64,000 nucleotides of DNA, from NCBI GenBank assembly GCA_047967505.1, contig CM106538.1. One strand, 5' to 3'. This document shows, piece after piece, positions 60,201-64,000 of this stretch. The notes under the pieces are model-generated. The model ran no database searches. It was not told where the DNA came from and saw only the letters and a program-made list of their open reading frames with translations. A program made the translations under genes and the position numbers. This DNA comes from Dipteris shenzhenensis (lineage: Eukaryota). Positions within the stretch are counted from its first letter, which is position 1. Each line of letters starts with the position of its first letter.

Positions 60201-60744
60201 GCTTGTTTATTGTGATCATATGTTCTGACTCTTCAATTACAGGTGCACAATGGAACTTCAAATGATACTGTGAAACTTAGATTTCCTTTTATTGAACTCC
60301 CTTGAATATCTTCACTCATGATCATGAAAATGAGATTGCTTATTTTTGCAATCATTCTTTACATATCATGTGAGAGAAGCTCGTAATGCAGAAATACTCA
60401 ACACAGCGTGGACTAAGAACGTAATAATTTGTTGCAGGTATGCGATTTTGGTCTTTCGCGAATGAAGCATCACACATTCTTGTCTTCCAAATCAACAGCC
60501 GGAACGGTAAGTAAATTTGTCATCGGGTTTTCCTAAATTCTTCTTCTGTTGCCTGTCCTTCTGGTTGCTTGACCATAGCTTATAAGAGAGAGGACTTTGG
60601 ATTGTGTTGATTTGACTTCTCACATCTCTCAAAGCGAGGGTTTCTGCTTATATGGTGGTGTCACTGTTGGTTGTAACTTGTTGGACCATTGCAGCCAGAA
60701 TGGATGGCCCCTGAAGTTCTTCGAAATGAACCTTCAAATGAGAA
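9610..60744 (+). CDS. EDR1: EDR1/CTR1-family B3 Raf-like MAPKKK (EDR1 domain + Ser/Thr kinase), 11 exons in window, 3'-incomplete: join(9610..10116,11620..12060,20636..20739,51297..52210,53404..53444,53859..53927,56472..56572,59107..59185,59293..59391,60438..60506,60695..60744)
   Basis: N-terminus [57 protein letters not shown]; kinase motifs [28 protein letters not shown]. All introns are GT-AG, phases are compatible and there are no internal stops. The symbol denotes the family; orthology is not established. Confidence 0.95.
10421..11466 (+). mobile_element. 5'-truncated L1-type LINE with inverted 5' segment (10421-10591)
   Basis: 17-bp TSD AGATTAGCCTATTAATT at 10404-10420 and 11467-11483; zf-RVT-like C..C..REESL..F.WEC near 11020-11090; A-rich tail. 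Confidence 0.85.
11620..12060 (+). CDS. EDR1: Raf-like kinase exon 2 (EDR1 domain)
   Basis: ttgcag|[20 protein letters not shown]...RHRALLFK; donor GTATAG. Confidence 0.95.
12424..12860. repeat. (GA)n / GAA-rich tract with a ~190-bp diverged tandem duplication
   Basis: ctggaggaggcctatgggaatgtaaaacagcatc (12567) and ctggaggaggcctatgggagtataaaacagcatc (12754); tcaacatagcaacc / tcaacatagtaacc. Confidence 0.75.
13063..13713. mobile_element. LTR-like remnant
   Basis: Inverted termini TGTGAGC...GCTTACA; right end resembles 56145-56168; no TSD found. Confidence 0.4.
13714..15080 (-). mobile_element. LTR-like promoter segment followed by a decayed unidentified ORF
   Basis: Minus-strand CTATAAAAGGGCC at ~14908-14920 matches the TATA context at 17803-17815 of the Gypsy LTR; 177-aa ORF at 13680-14213 has no recognised motif. 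Confidence 0.4.
15091..15203 (+). mobile_element. Short retroposon family A copy (3' end)
   Basis: T-rich tract then tgtatgattggacttattctagtcttacaaaggtatatatatat, shared with 22614-22788 and 58818-58972. Confidence 0.7.
15527..16910 (-). mobile_element. Internally deleted Ty1/Copia remnant: RT fragment, two PBS copies, 5' LTR-like region
   Basis: ILYVDGLIL...[16 protein letters not shown] (15527-15718); reverse-complement PBS gctctgatacca 16176-16187 and gctttgatacca 16212-16223; TGTTAG at 16224; the far LTR boundary is uncertain. Confidence 0.65.
15751..15848 (+). mobile_element. Short retroposon family B copy
   Basis: 8-bp TSD TACAGGTT (15743-15750, 15849-15856); removal restores Copia RT SQSDANLYLF; matches the 3' ends of 48101-48504 and 57309-57553. 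Confidence 0.8.
17457..19830 (+). mobile_element. Ty3/Gypsy 5' LTR (~17457-18540), PBS-Met and decayed gag; 3'-truncated
   Basis: TGTGAC...GTTACA followed by tTGGTATCAGAGC (18542); TATA ctataaaa ~17803; gag motifs [10 protein letters not shown] and [10 protein letters not shown]. Confidence 0.75.
20084..20375 (-). mobile_element. PBS-Met plus partial LTR fragment
   Basis: gctttgatacca at 20084-20095 followed by LTR-like sequence. Confidence 0.4.
20636..20739 (+). CDS. EDR1: Raf-like kinase exon 3
   Basis: ttgcag|[37 protein letters not shown](R); donor GTTAGA. Confidence 0.95.
21205..21385 (+). mobile_element. Diverged family A copy next to (GA)n/(TG)n microsatellites
   Basis: gaaacccaaatggcagcttatgtttgggtactgatgagaac...tttaaagttgcttacaaa matches 39420-39560. 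Confidence 0.6.
22614..22788 (+). mobile_element. Short retroposon family A copy
   Basis: 12-bp TSD TTCTACATTCCC/TTCCACATTCCC (22602-22613, 22789-22800) inside Copia RT; ends ctagtcttacaaaggtatat. Confidence 0.8.
22942..23847 (-). mobile_element. Partial LTR inserted in the old Copia RT
   Basis: Right end ggatatttaca (TGTAAATATCC on minus); internal sub-repeats ttgaccggagtcaac/gaccgaagtcaac/gaccgtagtcaa; left end not TG. Confidence 0.55.
24480..24731 (+). repeat. Copia 5' LTR
   Basis: Direct repeat of 35981-36243. Confidence 0.97.
24810..25600 (+). repeat. Copia 5' leader motif arrays: ~20 (C)CGTAC/GTAC units, then several TTTGGGGCTTT-like units
   Basis: Directly visible at 24811-25212 and ~25310-25570. 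Confidence 0.85.
25808..35945 (+). pseudogene. Copia gag-pol pseudogene (25808-26319 joined to 32107-35945)
   Basis: [10 protein letters not shown] gag; [14 protein letters not shown] knuckle; [10 protein letters not shown] protease; [28 protein letters not shown] integrase; [37 protein letters not shown] RNaseH; several stops and frameshifts. Confidence 0.93.
26320..32101 (-). mobile_element. Ty3/Gypsy chromovirus with both LTRs but RT/RNaseH deleted
   Basis: LTRs 31691-32101 (5') and 26320-26729 (3'), TSD AGCAA (26315-26319, 32102-32106), PBS 31678-31689, PPT 26730-26740; gag (29781-28950), protease [10 protein letters not shown], integrase [25 protein letters not shown], chromodomain PERILDHR...[13 protein letters not shown] (~26825-26960). 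Confidence 0.96.
35981..36243 (+). repeat. Copia 3' LTR
   Basis: Direct repeat of 24480-24731 with ~12 substitutions and 3- and 8-bp indels (counted by eye). Confidence 0.97.
37501..38904. mobile_element. Solo LTR, 1404 bp, in the old Copia gag
   Basis: TATCACGGGG (degenerate TGTCAC)...CCGGTTTCA; TSD GCGAT/ACGAT; removal restores the in-frame gag [13 protein letters not shown]. Confidence 0.8.
39240..39365 (+). mobile_element. Extreme 3' end of an RTEX-like LINE
   Basis: Reverse complement of 46880-47000 and 49934-50060 (ggcttgtatgag...aggcccgcg...gttaataca). Confidence 0.75.
39366..39625 (+). mobile_element. Longest family A copy, with coding-like 5' part
   Basis: [43 protein letters not shown]-rich tract, tgtatgattggacatattctagtctta. 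Confidence 0.65.
40250..40870 (+). mobile_element. Decayed LINE ORF1 C-terminus and start of ORF2 endonuclease (RTEX/CR1/L2-like)
   Basis: ...[12 protein letters not shown]...[16 protein letters not shown]...VYRDGKV*, then [10 protein letters not shown] resembling [10 protein letters not shown] at 49886. Confidence 0.5.
41050..45990 (+). mobile_element. Near full-length degenerate L1-clade LINE
   Basis: ORF1 knuckle [15 protein letters not shown] (~41553-41598); EN ILNVYAP and WIVGGDLN (~42880-42995); [41 protein letters not shown]; zf-[14 protein letters not shown]...CVCC...HCMWGC. Confidence 0.85.
46405..46560. repeat. Dispersed copy of the unclassified repeat seen at 1590-2210
   Basis: tatccttaaaatatcgtggac..ccatgcaacattgtt and gcttagttgagaaagagtgggac are shared. 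Confidence 0.6.
46880..49886 (-). mobile_element. RTEX-like LINE copy A: APE endonuclease, N-terminal RT, internal deletion, 3' end; flanked by (GA)n on both sides
   Basis: [37 protein letters not shown] (49886-48810); [32 protein letters not shown]; (GA)n at 46842-46879 and 49887-49933. Confidence 0.8.
48101..48504 (+). mobile_element. Longest family B copy, inserted in LINE copy A
   Basis: TAGATG duplicated at 48095-48100 and 48505-48510; 3' ~250 bp nearly identical to 57309-57553. Confidence 0.75.
49934..50975 (-). mobile_element. RTEX-like LINE copy B, 5'-truncated
   Basis: [11 protein letters not shown]...[10 protein letters not shown]...[10 protein letters not shown] cysteine domain; 3' end homologous to copy A; flanked by (GA)n at 49887-49933 and by a G-run plus (GA)n at 50976-51039. 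Confidence 0.8.
51239..51274. repeat. (GA)n microsatellite 22 nt upstream of exon 4
   Basis: Directly visible. Confidence 0.95.
51297..52210 (+). CDS. EDR1: Raf-like kinase exon 4
   Basis: tttcag|G GAG TAT; (R)[13 protein letters not shown]...[12 protein letters not shown]...[17 protein letters not shown](G); donor GTAATT. Confidence 0.95.
53404..53444 (+). CDS. EDR1: Raf-like kinase exon 5
   Basis: tttag|GT; (G)[13 protein letters not shown]; donor GTAAGT. Confidence 0.93.
53859..53927 (+). CDS. EDR1: Raf-like kinase exon 6
   Basis: [27 protein letters not shown] boundaries. Confidence 0.95.
54296..55042. mobile_element. Non-autonomous hAT-type DNA transposon, 747 bp
   Basis: TIR CATAGTT...AACTATG; 8-bp TSD GTTGCAGC/GTGGCAGC (54288-54295, 55043-55050); subterminal CATACG/CGTAC repeats. 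Confidence 0.8.
55629..56169. mobile_element. LTR-like remnant related to 13063-13713 and the 17457 LTR
   Basis: TGTCAT start, cagt/ctgtac sub-repeats, TATA-like cattaaaaggccc, end atattggggactcacaggtgg; no TSD. Confidence 0.4.
56472..56572 (+). CDS. EDR1: Raf-like kinase exon 7
   Basis: [33 protein letters not shown](R). Confidence 0.95.
57150..58817 (-). mobile_element. RTEX-like LINE copy C (RT C-terminal half to 3' end), 5'-truncated
   Basis: [35 protein letters not shown]; 58600-58817 is similar to 47545-47770. Confidence 0.8.
57309..57553 (+). mobile_element. Family B copy inserted in LINE copy C
   Basis: 19-bp TSD TACCCTGGAAAAAGG(T/C)GTG at 57290-57308 and 57554-57572; ends catctaggtata. 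Confidence 0.85.
58818..58972 (+). mobile_element. Family A copy
   Basis: Close match to 22636-22787. Confidence 0.8.
59107..59185 (+). CDS. EDR1: Raf-like kinase exon 8
   Basis: (R)[26 protein letters not shown]; donor GTGAGT. Confidence 0.95.
59293..59391 (+). CDS. EDR1: Raf-like kinase exon 9 (catalytic loop)
   Basis: [33 protein letters not shown]. Confidence 0.96.
60438..60506 (+). CDS. EDR1: Raf-like kinase exon 10
   Basis: [23 protein letters not shown]; donor GTAAGT. Confidence 0.96.
60695..60744 (+). CDS. EDR1: Raf-like kinase exon 11
   Basis: [16 protein letters not shown](K); donor GTGAGT. Confidence 0.96.
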
Positions 60745-62559
60745 GTGAGTTTATTTGTCTCATAAAATGTCAATTTTCTTTCAATGCTGTATAATACCTC
60801 AGTACCATGGCTTGGAAAATCTTCTGAACTATTACCACCATCACATATCTCAAACTGTCTTTGCTATGACATATGTAATTTTGATTACAGGAAGTGCGTA
60901 AACTTGTGAGGTGGTTTGGAGCACTTGTTTTGTCCCTTTTATGCAGTGGGCACCTTTTAAAAGAGAGTTTTTTTGCTTGCTTGTGGTGGTTGTCATGGCT
61001 TTTAATCCACTGGTTTGGGGTGTCTATCGGCAGAACCTGGTATTTAGGCTTTGGTTTGATCATGGTCTATAATGGACGGTTCCAAAACACCACTCTTGAC
61101 CAGTGTTTTATATTTTCAACAGATCCTATGTTAAATCATTACTATGAGTCATGACCAAGCAGTCTTTTTCATGCTTTAAACTTATGTTTGGGGTGATTCT
61201 TGCACCAAATGTTCCGAACACTCAGTGGGGTTCATCCTTATTTTGCATAATTTTAGCTCAAGGGACGAAACAAGACCAATGAATAAAGGGTGAAATTGCT
61301 CTGAATTAAATTGCGTTTTGTGAAATTGCCAATAAGGGTCTCTTCTCTTAGAGGTATGTCCGAAGCTAACTCTAGTTAGCTTATACCTATTGTGGGTGAT
61401 GCATTCACCTAGACATAGTACGTGTAAGAGCAAAATTGTGAGTCTTTATAAATGTGGATGGGGGAATCAGGCTATGTAAGGGGATTGTTCTTCAGTATGT
61501 AGCTATTGGTCATTGTGGAACGTCACACGTGGATGAGCCCACGAAGCTCGACAATCTTGCCATCCTCAAGGTGTGCTATGAGGATACAGGATGCCATGGC
61601 TGCTTGTTTTATGCCAAAGGACTCAGGTAGGGAATTGTAGAACTTCAGCTTGAGGGCAAATATGTGTGATCTCCTAGCTATGGTGTTCTATCAAGGGTGT
61701 TTACGAGGTTTGTAGTTGAGCCTTCCCTTGGTTCCTTTTACACTTGCAATGACAAATTGTGGAAGGTGGATGCAAAAAGATCATGCTTTTTCGCATTGTA
61801 AGTATCACTTGATTTAGAGAGCTGCAAGCACCCAATGAATTCTGGGTTTAATTTGGAGCCTTGGGATTTGGGTGATTTTGTTTTTTGACTGAAGACTTGA
61901 AAGTCTAGCTTTGATCAAATGACAACTTTGGAAACTTGCTGGCAATTCACTCTTGCTGGCAAATGTGTTCAATTGAAATTGTGATTCCAGATTGGCTTGA
62001 TTTGGAGTTATGATTGGTGTTTATTGTCTTAATTTTCAGACTACAATGTAGGTATCTTATAATAATTTTGCTTTATGCTCTCCTCGGTGTTAGGATCTTA
62101 TAGAGACTTAATACTCACAAATATATTGCATGCAACCTGATTGCTCAATCGAGAAAAATGCAAAGTATATGAAACAAAGCCTACATAAAATAATGAAGTT
62201 TTCACATAGAATGTCGACTGTGGTAGCCCCACTTCTCATGGCCCAAAATACCATTTATTAATGTCGACTTAGGACTCAGACCAAAGATACGGTTATCTGC
62301 TCACCCTGACTGGATTTGTTCCAGATTTACATAGATTAGTGAATGATAGACTCGTAAGGATAACCAGTGAGCCATGCTTGATCTACAGCAGAATATGGAT
62401 TCTTAACCGGACTCATAAGAGCTGCTCACTCAGATACGGAGCTATATACTCAGGGCAGCCTGCGCATGGCCAAAAAGAACTAGAAAGGTCCCAATCCTCC
62501 AATTATGTAGGAGCCACGAATTGCCCTGCAAAATGCCAGCTGAGGCTTATCATATGCTG

Positions 62560-63170
62560 CCAGCCGTCATCCATGCAATGATCAATTGCCACGTACCAAA
62601 TCCCATGTGATCAGCCTCCACTGTCTAGTCACCGAACCTAGAATCACCCTTTCATGATTTTAGCACAAAAACACCTCCCCATGAGGGAGTCTTAATGCCA
62701 TAAACCCGACATACCCCCTACGACCAAATGGGAAGTCCATAAAAACAAATACTAGCAAACAAGGAAGAAGACTTGAGCACACCAATTGCATCTGAAACCC
62801 GATCAACCCACCATCTGAAACAATTGCCAACACATAGCAATTCTGAAGCATGTTCTTGATCGGAAAGGCCCTATCCTCATTGAAAAGAATCCTAGTCACA
62901 AGGTTGTCAAACTTTTCATTTGACAAAGACTAATCAGTGACCATTGCTTCCTCCTTCAATTTTCTCATCTCCTCATCTTTCTGCTTTTTGAAACAATCCT
63001 TTCAATATGACCAGGCTTACCACACTAATGGCACATACGGGAGTCATTCGTTTCGAAAATTTGTAGCTTTGCGCTTCTCCTTTAGCATATGCAAGATGTT
63101 GTATCTTATTTTAAATAAAGAAAGTGAACCAAAAAGATTCACCAGTAGCCATTGAGGTGATTCTAGTGCC
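62560..63170 (-). mobile_element. Decayed retrotransposon gag zinc-knuckle remnant (Copia-like)
   Basis: CH*CGKPGHIE.DCFKK at ~62985-63035 with a frameshift. Confidence 0.5.
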
Positions 63171-63213
63171 AATCTAGGTAGGGCCCATACTCTGTGTAGA
63201 TATGTCACTGTCT

Positions 63214-63246
<33 letters not shown>

Positions 63247-63402
63247 AGAGGAGAGAGGGAGGGAGGGTCCTTAGCTCCCAGATATCATTTGTCACCCAGA
63301 CATGTCTATTTTGGACAACATATTCACTTTTTTGAAGACAATTGGGTGTGAGAGTAAGCTCGGCTTCTCGCTATCCTCTTGCTGGATTTTGAGGTGGTGT
63401 AG

Positions 63403-63697
63403 ACATGGTGGATTGAGCTTTCTTGGAGGGCTCCAAGTGGAGGTTGGGTTTTTCGGATTGGGTGGGTATGGGAAATTCTACCATTTCTGGAGCTCTAGCC
63501 TCCTTGGCCCCTCAGTGTTTCTTTTCGTGGTAGAGACACTAGGGGTACGACAGGGTGGATTGGGCTTTCTCGGAGGGCTCCAAGTGGAGGTTGGGTTTTT
63601 CGGATTGGGTGGGTACGGGAAATTTCTGCCATTTTTGGAGGAAGCTCTAGCCTTGTTGGCCCCTCAGTCTTTCTTTTCGTGGTAGAGACACTAGGGT
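63403..63697. repeat. ~147-bp tandem duplication, probably within a retroelement
   Basis: ggtggattgagctttcttggagggctccaagtggagg...gtagagacactaggg occurs twice (63403-63545, 63550-63697). Confidence 0.9.
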
Positions 63698-64000
63698 ATT
63701 TTCTCCGTTCTTGAGCAGCTAGTGTAGTCAGTGTGCCTCCCAATCTGATGGGAGAGTAATTGGACTTAGGGTTTACAGAAGATAGTAGATACATCTTTGT
63801 ATGGGAAAGCTCACCTGAGAGCCTAGAAAGGGTTTGTCTCTCCCCTCCCTAGATGTGTACTGTTTGGCCTTGGGAACCAAGATCCCTGAGGGTAGATGAT
63901 GGTAAACTTGGGGTGTGGGTTTGGATATTTTAGTAGAGTGTCTTGTGCAAGCTTCTCTATTGGAGCTTGGCCAAGCTCTTTATGGTAGGGTGAGTGTTAG

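Noticed and set aside
61560-61760. Tyrosine recombinase remnant (NFSLRA)
   Set aside because: Single weak motif with no other catalytic residues recognisable
60745-64000. Next kinase exon (expected CDVYSFGVILWE)
   Set aside because: Not found by eye; ttcagtatgtagctattggtcattgtggaa at ~61491 does not give the motif in frame, so the exon probably lies beyond the window

Overview
Plant nuclear DNA; the very large TE-filled introns and the repeat spectrum suggest a large-genome non-angiosperm such as a fern (inference). The window contains one host gene on the + strand: an EDR1/CTR1-family (B3 subgroup) Raf-like MAPKKK. Eleven coding exons (9610..60744, 2474 nt) join in frame across GT-AG introns, and the kinase C-terminus lies beyond the window. 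Intron 2 is 8.6 kb and intron 3 is 30.6 kb. Almost everything else is transposon-derived. There is a three-level nest: an old minus-strand Copia holds a full-length Copia (24480..36243, TSD ATTGT), which holds an RT/RNaseH-deleted chromovirus (26320..32101, TSD AGCAA). Also present are solo LTRs with TSDs, L1-type LINEs (one with a twin-priming 5' inversion), RTEX-like LINEs bracketed by (GA)n microsatellites, and a non-autonomous hAT element. Two unclassified short retroposon families (8 copies) share a 3' motif ending in ...AGGTATAT. The most novel-looking signals are these retroposons, the microsatellite-associated RTEX-like LINEs with candidate C-terminal PIP boxes, a CCGTAC array in the Copia leader, and a uORF upstream of the kinase. 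All alignments were made by eye and no database search was run.
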